The notes: generated by a model from the letters alone, not told the origin. DNA of 62,875 nt, filler included, from Welwitschia mirabilis (GCA_051453625.1; 5 parts of one record of this genome joined end to end with filler, not necessarily neighbours in it); one strand, 5' to 3'. Shown: positions 25,601 to 38,612, numbered from the whole stretch's first letter. A program made the numbers and translations.

Positions 25601-27907
25601 GAACGTTAGTTTTCAATCCAAAGACTCCATAACAAAATGGAATTGCAAAAAGAAAAAACCAAGTCCTTCAAGAAATGGCAAGAACAATGTTAAATGATAA
25701 GGAAGTTCTAAAACATTTTGGGCTAAAGTAGTAAGTACTACATGCTATATTATTTATAGAGTCTATTTACAACTAGGTATAGATAAAACCCCTCATGAAC
25801 TCTGGAAAGATAGATAAGAAAATGGTTCATGTCTTAAGGTTTTTGGAAGTAAGTTCTTTGTATTAAAAGATAAAGAAAATTTGAGCAAATTTGAGTTCAA
25901 AGCTAAGAAAGCAAATCTTTTAGGATATTCAACTAGAAGTAAAGCCTATTAGTATTCAATAAATGAAGTATAATAGTGGAAGAATCTATAAATGTTTAAA
26001 TAGATAACTTTAATACCAGACTTCTTTCTTCTAATAATGAAGAAAATATTACTCCAAGTATCTCCACAATAAAAGAAGTAACAACTAAAAAGGAAGAAGA
26101 TCCATCTCAAGAGTTTACTTTTAAAAAATTCAAAGAGCTAAAAGATCATCTATGTGAGTCTATTATTAGAGATGTAAGCTCAAAAATTTGAATTACAAGC
26201 TCTCTTAAAAATTTCTATGCCTACATTTCTTATATCTCTCAAATTAAACAAAAAAAATTTGGAGAGGCCAAATCTCTTAAAGAATGGATAATAACTATGC
26301 AAGAATAACTTCAATAATTTAAAAGAAAATACGTGTGAAAACTAGTAGAAAGACCAAAAAATCAAAATGTAATTAGAACAAAATGGATCTTATGATGAAC
26401 ATAATAATGTAATTAAGAACAAGGCAAGATTAGTAACCCATGGATACAACCAGATTGAAGAATAGATGTAGAAGATACATTTGCTTTAATGGATAGACTG
26501 GACAATATTAGAATGTTTCTTTCCTATGTAGCCTTTAAAAACATCACAAGTTTTTCAAATGAATGTGAAAAGTGCCTTTTTAAATGAAAATCTCAATGAA
26601 TAAGTCTATGTAAAACAACCACCAGGTTTCATAGATCCATATGAATCAAACCATATCTATAGACTCAGAAAGGCTTTGTATGGTTTAAAACAAGGTCCAA
26701 GGGCTTGGTATGAAAATTAGCAACATTTCTTAAAGAAAATGGTTACACCCATGGAGCTATAGATAAAACTCTGTTTCTGAAAAATCTTAAAAGGAGTTTA
26801 TCATCATTTAAATTTATGTTGATGACATAATTTTTGGAGCCTCAAAAGAAGATATCCCAAAGAANNNNNNNNNNNNNNNNNNNNNNNNNNNNNNNNNNNN
26901 NNNNNNNNNNNNNNNNNNNNNNNNNNNNNNNNNNNNNNNNNNNNNNNNNNNNNNNNNNNNNNNNATGACATAATTTTTGGAGCCTCAAAAGAAGATATCC
27001 CAAAGAACTCACTAGTATTATGACCATACAATTTGAAATGAGTATGTTGGATGAAGTTTGAATGTTTCTTGGTATTTAAATCAAATAAACAAAACATGAG
27101 ATTTTCATCTCTTAGTTCAAATACTCAAAGGATTTGGTCAAGCAATTTGGACTAGAAAATGCAAAATCAATTGATACATCTATGTTAACTTCATGTAAGA
27201 TCAGTCTTAATGATTATGAAAAATCTATGGATCAAAAAATTTATAGAAGCATGATAGGAAGTCTATTATATTTAATTGCAAGTAGACCCGACATAATGTT
27301 TAGCGTTTCTATATGTGCAAGATATCATACTTAATCAAAGGAGTCATACCTTCAAGCTACTAAAATGATGATAAGATATATAAAAGGCACAGGTGACTAT
27401 GGACTATGATATCCTACATAAAATTCCTTTGAGCTTATAGGTTTTAGTAATGCAAACTTAGCTAGTTGTAAAGATGATTAAAAAAGCAATAGTGGAAATT
27501 ATTTTTTTCTAGGATCATGCTTGATAGGATGGACAAATAAAAAACAAAGATCTATCTCCCTTTCCACAACAGAAGCAGAGTATATAACAATAGGAAGTTA
27601 TTGTATCCATCTTCTATGGATGAAGGGAATGCTTAAAAACATTAGAGTTAATTTTGAATAGGTTCCAATTTTTTGTGATAATACTAGTATAATTAATATC
27701 TTAAAAAATCCTGTTCAACATTATCAAACTAAACATATTGAACTAAGATATCATTTCCTTAGAGATAAAGTAGAAAAAGGCAATATTTCGATGAACTTTG
27801 TAAGCACTAATAGATAACTAGCTAATATTTTAATAAAATGCCTGAACTTTAACAACTTTTTAAGTCTTCATCATGAATTGGTGGTTGTCTCTCTATTCTC
27901 TGACTAA
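22611..27907 (+). pseudogene. SIRE gag-pol polyprotein with stops and frameshifts
   Basis: MSNPSDGTSTGRPPMFDGINYAY; DEDEVALLARRFKKF; protease [42 protein letters not shown]; RNase H ISLSTTEAEY and TKHIELRYHFLRD. Confidence 0.92.
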
Positions 27908-28267
27908 AAGCAAGATGATCAACTAGATCTTGTATTTAGTCAATTAGATCTGAAGAAGTCAAGTTAATAGAATTTTATTCAGTTACCCAGTTTTTCCTAG
28001 ATCAGACCTGAATTCAATTGGTTGATTATACTAAAGTTCCAGTTAACTAGACCTAGAATTTTTTTGACTTAAATCTTGATAGGTCTGGTTGACTAGAGCT
28101 ATAGGGTTACAGTGTGGAAGAAAGGCAGTTGATCTAATTTTTTCCTCAAATCCAACTTGATTGCCCTTCTTATAAAATCTTGTAAAGCCCTATCTTCCTC
28201 ATTTCCACCTATCTATCTATCTCTCTCAGATCTAGCTATCTTCTTCCATTCTCTTTGTCTTCAGGAA

Positions 28268-29364
28268 GTATCACGTGTTGTCAAAATAATAGAGGATCCC
28301 TCTAGAAGAGCTTGTCAGAAAAAGCCAACAAGTAAATAACTAGGATATTTTCACTCTAGAATGTCAGATGAAGCCCTAGACAAGTTCAGTAAGAAGTTTA
28401 AAAGGAATCCTATTTATTAAGAGAGGCTAGTAGATTTAAGGGAACTTAGAGTGTTGAGGCATGCGATAAGGATTTTAAATGATCTAGGTCTTTTTTACTT
28501 TCTTAAGGTTTCTAGATTAACCTACCATTTTCTTATCCATATATTCTATTGTAATGCTTTATTTAATGTAGATTCATCTACCCTTACAACTCTTATTTTG
28601 GGTAGAATAAATTGAGTTACCACAGATATGATACCATCCCTTACAAATCTTCTTATAAATGATTATAAGGACTTTTGGCCCTTGCATGACTCCATGAAGG
28701 ATAAGGCAGAAGTCATCAAGAAACTTTGTGAAAAGATCATTTGATGGAAAACACCCTTTCCACATCCTATCTTACTTAAAAATACCATTTTCTTCATTTC
28801 ATTTTTACTTACAAATTTTCACCTCTTGTTGGTCATCATGATAAGACCTTCAACTATCATGCACATTGCTTGTAATTGGTAGGAACTAGTTACTCCATTA
28901 ATGCTTATATTATTATTCTTAAGAATAGGATCTCTTAGTTTGAATATCATAAAACTAGGACTCTTTCTTACTCTATTTTGATCAATAATACCTATCATTA
29001 TTTTAGAGTCCAAATGCTGTTCAAACTTGAAACATTAACTCCTATGTATTCCATTGGGCATGCTATACTATTCCACATACATATTTTCTCTAGATATAAG
29101 AAATCATCTAAGTCTCCTTCTTCAAAGTAGTCCTCCCTTAAAGAGACTCTATCATACTTCAAGAGGCTGAATTATTGCACTAAGCAAATAAAAGAGACAC
29201 TCATTACTGAAAGGTATGAAATTGCGAATACTTCTGAGGAAACTAGTATTTATGCTTAAAAGATGATAGAAGAAGAAGAAGAAGAAGAAGAAGAAGAAGA
29301 AGAAGAAAATAACCCAGATTCTAAAGAAGAATCTTAGGAGAAGGAATAAGAAGAATTAGATTAA
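28268..29364 (+). pseudogene. Extra env-like ORF of Sirevirus, decayed, with an acidic poly-Glu tail
   Basis: Lies between pol and the PPT. Translation reads SRVVKIIEDPSRR...MSDEALDKFSKKFKRNPIY*ERLVDL...TYHFLIHIFYCN, which resembles the YPxLVxxFYxN motif of plant retrotransposon extra ORFs. Ends near a (GAA)13 tract. Confidence 0.65.
29269..29307 (+). repeat. (GAA)13 microsatellite
   Basis: Directly visible. Confidence 0.95.
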
Positions 29365-29770
29365 ATTATTGCTATTTCTGATGTTTTTTTTATTGTTCTA
29401 GTTTTTTCTTATTACTTTTCTTTTTCTCTTCTTTGTCATTGATGTGAAAAGGAGGACAAATAGTTACTATAAAATCACCTATTTAGATATTCTCAAGTGT
29501 TATTATCATGAGTATCTTTTAGTTGTACTACTTAAGACTGATTAATAGAAATGCATTCTATATAATTTGTCTTATCTATGAATGCATATTATATTTTCTC
29601 ATAAACTATGCTCTCAAATTTTTTATATGTATAACTCTCTTTGGAAAATCATTATGAATGCTTGATTTAGATATATATGTTTAATAATTTTTCACAGATC
29701 TAATGGGCATTTTCTGAGGAAGAGTTTTCAAATTAATATTTTCAAATAAGCATAGTTTCTCATCAATGTT

Positions 29771-29782
29771 AAAGGAGGATAT
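29771..29782 (+). promoter_or_regulatory. Polypurine tract; additional upstream PPT-like copies at ~29446 and ~29716
   Basis: AAAGGAGGATAT immediately before the LTR start TGTT (Sirevirus consensus AAAGGGGGAGAT); GAAAAGGAGGAC at ~29446. Confidence 0.75.
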
Positions 29783-31420
29783 TGTTAAGTATAATTTTGC
29801 CAAGTTGATGTCAAACTAACATTTTCTAGTATAGCAAAACATGTTGTATTTTGTTTTATAGAAAATATTAATCCTTATAGATTAGAAGTAGCAAACATTT
29901 ATCACTAGCATTTCTTGAATCTAATAAATAATAGTCCCTTAAAGGGGTCAACCAAATTTCTAAGGGGTCAACCGAACCTATACCAAGAAATGTCAAAAAT
30001 AGATTACTAAGGATGACTAGATTTCTAAGGAGTTAACTAAATCTGTACAATAAATTTGTCACATAAAATTACCAAGGGGCCAAATAGATTCCTAAGGGAT
30101 TAACTAGACCTAGATTAAAAATGTTTTTATCTTTTCATCAAGGGATCGATCAAATTCCTGAGGGGCCAATCNNNNNNNNNNNNNNNNNNNNNNNNNNNNN
30201 NNNNNNNNNNNNNNNNNNNNNNNNNNNNNNNNNNNNNNNNNNNNNNNNNNNNNNNNNNNNNNNNNNNNNNNTGAAGGGGTCAATCAAATTTATAAGGAGT
30301 CGATTAAACCTATATCAAAAAGTATCAAAACTAGTTTATTGAGGAGTCAACTAGATTCCTAAGGAGCTGACCAAACCTATATAAAAATGTGTTAAATATT
30401 TTCATCAAGGGGTTGATCAAATATTTAAGGGATTAACGGGACCTAGGCTAAAAAATATTTTCAACTATTTTTCATATGGAGTCAACTAGATTAAAATGTA
30501 ATNNNNNNNNNNNNNNNNNNNNNNNNNNNNNNNNNNNNNNNNNNNNNNNNNNNNNNNNNNNNNNNNNNNNNNNNNNNNNNNNNNNNNNNNNNNNNNNNNN
30601 NNGTAATCGATCGGAGATATACATATATGGTCAACCAAATCCCTGATGGAGTCGACCAGACTTGGAGATGTGAAGAACTCAGATCGATCAAAAGAAGATG
30701 GGTTGACCAAATTTAGTGACAACACTCAATGAAGTCGACCGGATATTCTAAGGGATCAATCAGTCATGACAGAAACTAAATGTTTTTTAGCTATTGCCTT
30801 CTTATTTTTATCTAATGGAGTAATAGATATACTTGTAAAACCCTAAAATCTATCTCCTATAGAAACCTTAGTCATCAAAATCATTAGCATTCTTTTTTAT
30901 TTTTTTAAAAACTTAATCAAGAACTGAAAAAGCATCTTTTAATTATTAGTACTTTGATTAATTAATTTTTCACTGTATGTTCTTGAATTTATGATATCAT
31001 TCTTAGGTAGTGTAATACTATCATTACTGTACTTCAGATCTAGTGAATCCTATGCATTGTGGCATACTATTTACACCACGAAGTATTTTCTCTAAAGGTT
31101 CAAATTGAGCCTTCAAAAGTCTAATTGTAAAAGGTTATAGATGAACCTGAGAAACCTAAAAAGTAAACAACAAGGATCTAGATTAGCCTTAGATAGAAAC
31201 TGAGTGCTAAGAGTAGAGTAAGAGATTTCCTAAACCATGATAAATTATGTGTCTATCAATCTCTATCAGTAATTTCTAGTTTTAGTAATTTTTATTTTAG
31301 ATCATTTTGTTATTTCATATGCATAAATATTTTTTAGTATTCAATATTTTATGAAGGTATTTATTCAATTTATTTTTAAATCCCATTCACCTCTACCCCT
31401 CTAGGGTTCTAGATCCAACA
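29783..31420 (+). repeat. 3' LTR of SIRE element 2 (contains two N gaps)
   Basis: TGTT...AACA termini; array of ~20-bp AAGGGGTC(G/A)ACC..ATTCCT units; homologous to 21444-22544 and to the reverse complement of 4673-5934. Confidence 0.9.
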
Positions 31421-34400
31421 ACAAACTCTATTAATCTTGTATTTTATGTATATACTTATCTAGGTAAAATAATAAAGTATTTTTTTATTCTAAACCTAAT
31501 CTTGACAAGTCTTGTAGAAACATTAGTCTTTATAAGAGAGTCATTTTTAGAGACCTAAATAATAAATTTAAATAAAGTTAATACTTCAAAGTAAAGTAGG
31601 TCCTTTAAGATCTTCTCTTAAACAAAATATATTTGTGGTAGTTCTATGAGATTAAGGTTACAATAGAATAAATTATTTCATATTTTTATTTAGATTTACT
31701 ACATAAATCTACATAAATAGTTTTAACACTAAGCCTCATCATGTAATGCTAGAAGGAGGGTAGGTCTTGAAGTTATCTAGGTGATCTTGAAGTTTATGTA
31801 GGATAGTTTGAAGTTTCTCTAGTTGCTATTTATTTTCTTTAAAAAAAAAGTTATCACTACTATACTTTTGAATAGGATAGTTTTGTGTTGAAATAAAGCA
31901 AACTTTAAGTGAAGAAATAAATTCCTATGCCTCCATGGAAGATTTAAAAACATTAACAAGCAGTTGTATTAAGCTATAAAGGAAAATAGATTTATTAATA
32001 AAGGCATAAAGAGGAAAAATAAATTTGAAATTGGTGAAGGGCTGTATTGGAAAGAGAAGGAAGATTATAATTTATGTCGTTTAAATATAGACCATAAAAC
32101 TTTCATTACAATTACATCCAATCTTGTGAATTCCTCAGTCATAGAAATGTTTGATAAAATTCAAAATATAGATACTACAAGAATTTCTACCTATAAGCAT
32201 AAACAAAATGAAGAGCTAGAAGTGTACGAGTATTGCTATGAGAATAATCATTAATCCATAAAATATCAATGGATACAACAATTTATTGAGTGGCTAGATA
32301 TTAATGTAATTAACTATAATACAAAAAATGTTCTCATGTCAGAAAAAAGCCTTATCCAAGCTAGTCTAGAAAATGAATGAATAGAAAGAAAAACCCGCTT
32401 CAAAAATTTATGCCATCCCAAAGATAGCAACTATATGATTACTTTAGCAACTAAAGGTATAGGGAAGGGGAGTTAGTAGTTAAATTTAAGAAACCTATTG
32501 CTATAATAGCTTAGACTAACCAAAACTAAAAGATGTTATGCAAAACTTTTGATACTAGATTAGAAAAAAATTTTTAGTAATGATTGGTCACCTAAGAAAA
32601 GAGCTAAAGTAGTAGGAAATCAGAAAGTAAAAGAGAAGACTTAACTAGAAACAGAAAGGGAGTAGATGATACGTTACTACTTATAATAAAAAGCAAAATA
32701 GAAAACCCTCAAAAGAAGGAGGGAAGAGATTTAGAATTTTTTCATAAAGTCTTAGAATATACTGTTATCTTTGTACCTTTGATTAGAATGCTAAAAAATA
32801 TCTCTCTTTGCTAAAAACAAATGAGAAGTCTTTGTAGGCAAGGGAAAAATAAGAATAAGAGGGAAAAAAAGGACTAAACAATGAAAAAATAAAAAATTGG
32901 GATGACTAAGAAAGACCAAGTATCGTGGGCCTATACACAAAACTCATAACAAAATCAAACTAAAAGGTCTAGTGGCTCTAGGATATCAGTGATAGATATT
33001 ACAGAAGAAAATATTATATCTACATTTCTAAATGATATTAATGATGATGATGATGATGATAATAAGGTTCCAATAATAGAATTGTCTAGTGATTATTAAT
33101 TAAAAGTTCATATTAATAAAGAATATCAAAGATCAAGGGAACTATATCTAAAAATAGAAAAAGGTAGAGACGAATATGAAGAATATCCATTTCAATTAAA
33201 TATATTTGAAGAGGGATTTGAAAATAAAAGTTTGTCATATATATTATAGAATGTTAAACAAGTAGAGAATGAGAGCGGAAAATGTAAACCAAATACAAAA
33301 GAAAAGTTTATAAATTCTTCTAGAAGTCCCATTTCAAGAAAGTTTACTCTTTAATTTTAAAAATAATGATTTAAAAATAATAAAAAAATGGTTTTACAAG
33401 TAAAAATTAAAACATTGACTAAAACGAAAATTAAAAAGAGTGATCTCAAGAAATAGGTTAAATCATTCAAAAATTTTCCAAAATGATTTATGCATTAAGA
33501 TGAATGAAAATTTCAAAGATATATTCTTAACATGGTAAAATCTATGATATATGAAATCATAAAAATACTAGGAGTTATAGACATAAAATTAAAACATCTA
33601 ATGAAAGTAGGTGTTTTTTATGACATAGGTAAAATTAAAACAAAAGTCTTATTATAAAAAGGTAAAGAACATATTAAAGAAATAAGACATGCTTATCTTA
33701 GGAGGGGAAAAAAATAATGTCTATTGATGGAAAATTAGAAACGAAAAGGATGAGTAAAAACATAAAAATTTATCTAAACATATTTCAAAAGGAATATGTA
33801 AATAAAGAGATCTCAAATAAGATTGTTGATATGTTCCTCTCGTTATAGTGGGAAGCACAGCTAGGGAAACAAGCTTCAACAATTTCGTTCATATCTAAGG
33901 GAAGGGACTCGACATATGTAGGGTGCTAGTTGTTTGTAACTTGTACGAATAGTGTTAGCGATGAGTTCACTTTAGCTTCCAAGAATCATTGGGGGTGGAT
34001 TCAAGTCCATGAACCAGATCTTGTTGGAGCATTAGAAGGTGGTGTAGGAATTACTAGGGCTTTCCTAGTGCCCTAGTACTAGCCACCTGCTATAATAACA
34101 CTTGGCCATGTCAAGTTCTACATGTATCCGATTGGGGGCATTATAAGATTACTTACAAAAGGCATGAGTCGATTCGAGCCTATGTAGTAGCTAGAGGGGA
34201 AGGTTCACACCATGTACCAAGTGGACAAAGAAGGGAAAGCAAAGGAAGGGAGTGTAGGTGATTCATATGTAGATAATCCTTGTTTTTCTACTATTTCTTA
34301 AGAAATTATGGCATGAGAATCCAAAATCCCCAGAGATTTCCCTCTAGGAAAAAATATCAAAACAAAAGAAAAAGGATTCATTTTTGCAAATTTTTTTCGA

Positions 34401-35389
34401 GAATTGCAATTGTAATTTTTATACCTGTGCACTCGCATATGTAGAACAGCAAATGACCGAGTGGACAACATGATTTGGTACAGTGGTTACTGGCTTATAG
34501 GTGGGATATACATCTTCTTGTAAATGTGGTTGTTACTCCTACCCTATTACGAGATAATACGTGCTTGGGATACATAAAGAACACTTCACTGCTCTATGAA
34601 AGCATACCTTGCAGAAGTGTGGGTTCTTGTTGTGTAGTCAGCTACTAGCTTTGTATTTGTGATGGACGATGCCTATCCTAGTTAAGGCAGTTGCGTAGTG
34701 GAAGGTTGACGGATATGATAACAGTCTATACATCTGGCTTTGTTCATCTTATTCTAATTCAACATCATGAGTGTTTTAATGATTGAGCTTTATCTTTTAT
34801 ATTTTAAGTCTTTAAGATATATTACTTTACTTTACTTAATTCATTTAATTAACTTCTAGATAAGTTTTACACTAATTTAATAGTATTAGTTTGCAATAGC
34901 TTAAGAAGAGTTTAGATTATATTAACCCTTATGAGAATGTAATTTGGAAGATATCAATGATTATATTAAATTTAATCCCGAACTCTGATATGAAAAGAAA
35001 ATCTAGTTCACCTTATTATCAACTAACTATTTAACTAGTGGGGAATATGAAATGATGGATTATGACAAATTATTTTTATATTAGCTAGATGTTTTGGTCT
35101 AATTCTGATATTTATGCATCATGTATCACTAGCTTTCATAACCCATCATAAGTTTAAACCCCAAAATAAAATAAGTACATTATCCTACGGCAAGTACATT
35201 GGGGCAAATATTCCCAAAAGGGGCCTTTGGTAGTATAATATGGTAGCAGTGGAACTCCACTAAAGGGTTAGTTGGCCATGATCTAGTCTAAAATTAGATT
35301 TGTAGGTCCTTACTCTTTTAGCAGCGGTTATACTTCTCTCAATGTACTTTTTTAAGTGTTTCTAAACACTACTAATTGATAGAAGAAAC
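31421..35389 (+). mobile_element. Highly decayed non-autonomous Athila-like internal region (gag remnant, no recognisable pol)
   Basis: Zinc-knuckle-like EYCYENNH (~32228-32252); VPLIRMLKNISL...QMRSLC (~32773-32836), which resembles the Athila gag motif NIPLLDAIKQMP..AKFLKDLC; 3' motif at 35181-35340 homologous to Athila element 2. Confidence 0.55.
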
Positions 35390-38300
35390 NNNNNNNNNNN
35401 NNNNNNNNNNNNNNNNNNNNNNNNNNNNNNNNNTTAATTAATTAANNNNNNNNNNNNNNNNNNNNNNNNNNNNNNNNNNNNNNNNNNNNAGGAAGAGAAG
35501 GGAGAGTGGGGGTGGTGCAAGGGTGGAGGGGCAAGGAAGGGGGGAGGGAGTGTATATCCTTTCATATGTGCATATTTATTCCCTTAACCATGGTGCTTAT
35601 GTTGTTGAGTTAAGAGGCTGAATTTTTACAATTTCTCATAATCTATATTTTTGTGTTACACATTAGCTATCAAAGGATGTTAACACTAGACAATAAGCTA
35701 CAACTTGAGATTTGACCATTACATTTCATTCAAAGCATTATTCAAAAATATTTGATCTTTTTTAGAAGACTTAGGGGATTGATGATTACAACTCTTGATA
35801 TCTAACTTATTTCATTCTTATTTGAATAAGTTGGCTTTCTTAAAATAAATTATTAGTTAGTATTTACATAGTAAGTAAAGTAATTTTTATCTCATACTCT
35901 ACAAATTACCTTCAAAACATTAAAGTAATTTATTTATATTTATTGAAATATATTTTTAATGTTGAATTGAATGTGTTCCTTTGGCTTTGACTATTGATGT
36001 AACTCAAATAAAGTTTAAAAAATTATAAATAATAAATAAGAAAGAAAACCCATAAATAATAATAATAATAAATAAAACCAACCTCAAATTAAATTTTTGT
36101 TTAACAATAGTCCCCAATCATAACAATGAACATGGAGGAGTAAAGAGCTATGTTATGCATCATTTATGTATTTTAGAGTAATTTTGATATGAACATCTCA
36201 ATGCAAAATAAGTTTAAAACTAAGTATTCTAAAATGAACTAGAATAAGAAGAGTAGTACCTATGCGATATAGAGATCTCATTCTATTCTACTCAATCAAT
36301 CTATGGGAGAATATGCTTTTATTGTGTACTTATTTTTTTTCAAAAGTGATTTTGTCATTAATCTAGGAAATCCTTAGATTAACAATACAGTTATTTTTAG
36401 AATCATTTTATAAATCATATACATGCTATAGAAGTATTAGGCAATTAATCTAAGGAACCCTTAGATTAAGTTTTAGAACTCTTCTGTGCTATTTTTTATA
36501 GTATATGAAGGGTTAATAGAAAAGGCTCAGAAGATTTTGATGGTTGTATTTGATTTCTAGTGCTAAAATGCTCCTCTTTGTCAATATACTCATGGATTTA
36601 TTAGTTCCTATATATATAAAGTAGAATTCCAAGATGCATCATCCAAAATAAGAAACAAGGATTTATAAGTCATTAAAAAAAAGTATTAGTGAAGTATTAT
36701 CAATTAAAAGAAAAAAACATATATCTGAGTTACAACAAAAGCAACTCTTTGTTTCACAAGCCTACAAGAGGCAAAATGAAAACACAATAGAGTACTCTTC
36801 TGCACTTAAGGTCGCTCAAACACGACACCTTTTTAATAAGTAATGTGTTTGATCTCCTATTAAAGACAATGAATATTTAATGTAAAGTCAAAAAAAATAA
36901 AGTTTATATTAGTGATCTTGATATTAGAAAATACTGAGAACTCAGAAGTTACTAATACTATATGGCAACATAAAGGATAAAGGATGTTTTTGCGATTTAG
37001 AGCTTTCCATAACGGGTTGATTTGAGAGGGGCTTTTAGGGTTTTGAACTTACTTTTAGTTAAATAGTGCTTTAGGGTTTTGAAATTTGTGGAATAACTTT
37101 GAATGCGAACTTCATAGGAATGAAATAAATAAATAAACAAACAAATAAAAGAATAATAAATAAATACCTATGATGTTTAAGGCAAGAAAGCTTGTCCACA
37201 TTGCCATTCTGACTAAAACCAAACATCATCTCCACACTAACCTACAACAAATGACCTATACTACTTGTTGCATCTGCCTCTTTTTAAAACTTGAAGTCAT
37301 TGGGAAATATTACTTAGGCAATGTCTATGGGATATCAGATCCGATAAATGAGCCACAGAAGGGCTACTAGTGAAGGGTTTGTTTGCATAGCTCATCATCA
37401 ACTAACTATTTTCTACCAAAATAAACTCCTAATAGTGTCCTAAAACAATGCAAAAATAACATAGTGTGAAAGAAAGTGAATACTGCAACTTAGAGTTTTC
37501 TTTCTAATTTCTAAAAATTCTTTTGTAAGCATTGAAGGCTAGTTCAAACTTCTGGATCAATTTAAAATTAAGTTTCAAAGGCCCCTTCAAAAGATTTCAA
37601 AGGCCTCCTTCAAATCTCACCTTCATATACATAATCATGCTCTTATTTCACTCCCATTTGTAGTTTACCCAAAAGCTAACAGTGCTTAATCCTGAAGACT
37701 CTCTTTAAGAACCATGGTTCTGGAAGACCTTTTTCAAATTCCAAGTTGTCTCGGCAACTTAGATAAACACGATACTAATTCCCTTTTGCATTATCTTACA
37801 TATTAATCAAATCTTTGAAGCCCCCTTAAAAAATTCTTGAAGGCCCTCTTCTAGTTCTATTTCTATAAAGAATAGGAAAGATGAATTGTCAAATATCACA
37901 ACTATTTAACATGGATTGATTAGATTTGATAAAGCTTGAAAAAGGAAAATGGATGGACGTTTCATGAAAACGGAAAATTTTGATAACACGCTATTCATTG
38001 GTATTCTTGTAGAATTAACTATGAATGACAAGTGAAATGATAAAAACCCACTACCTTGTTGTCATAAGTTATTACTGCAGTGTGCTTTCATTTACCGAAA
38101 GCAGAAAAACTATGTTGATCCTCTAGAAGACATACACAGAAGCATTAAAATCACTAATTGTATATGCCCTAGGGGATGTGCTGGTAATCCATGTTATGTG
38201 GAGGGGAGATACTTTCTTACATAACTTGGATAATGATGAGTTTGAAGGAGAAAATGAGTTGTTAAACTTAGATTGAGTTGATGTAGTAAGTCTTGTCCAT

Positions 38301-38612
38301 CATGGTATCTGCTTGAGGAGGAGGTTGACAAATCATTAATGAATTTTCTATAAAGCATATTCAACTAGAGAAGTACACATTGGAAGGGCATTTGAGATTC
38401 TAACATCGACGGTGACAATTTGGATATGGACTCTTCACATAGCAACTAGAGAAGAGGCCGCGGTAGACATAAGAAAATAGAAAACTCTACAACCAAAACT
38501 GAAATCAGCCATAAAGGATGAGGCGTATAGGTGGTGGATTCACCAAGGGATGCCTTTCCATTATAATATCTTACAGTAAAAATGGAAGGAATCTCTTCTG
38601 CTCATACTTCTT

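Larger units (their letters stand above)
21444..31420 (+). mobile_element. Near full-length Sirevirus (SIRE) Copia element 2 with extra 3' ORF; 5' LTR truncated by a gap
   Basis: LTR, PBS (TTTGATATCAGAGC, 22545), gag (22611), PR, INT, RT, RH (ends ~27907), ORF2, multiple PPTs, LTR (29783-31420). Both LTRs end CTAGGGTTCTAGATC(T/C)AACA. Confidence 0.93.

Noticed and set aside
26820-27006. Identical ~42-bp repeat on both sides of a gap
   Set aside because: An exact match at the gap edges indicates an unmerged contig overlap.
35181-35340. Hammerhead ribozyme (retrozyme) or tRNA identity for the conserved motif
   Set aside because: I could not find a CTGANGA...GAAA core or cloverleaf boxes by eye.
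35490-35552. G-rich purine tract with G-quadruplex potential
   Set aside because: Sits directly at a contig edge and may be degraded (GA)n or low-quality sequence.
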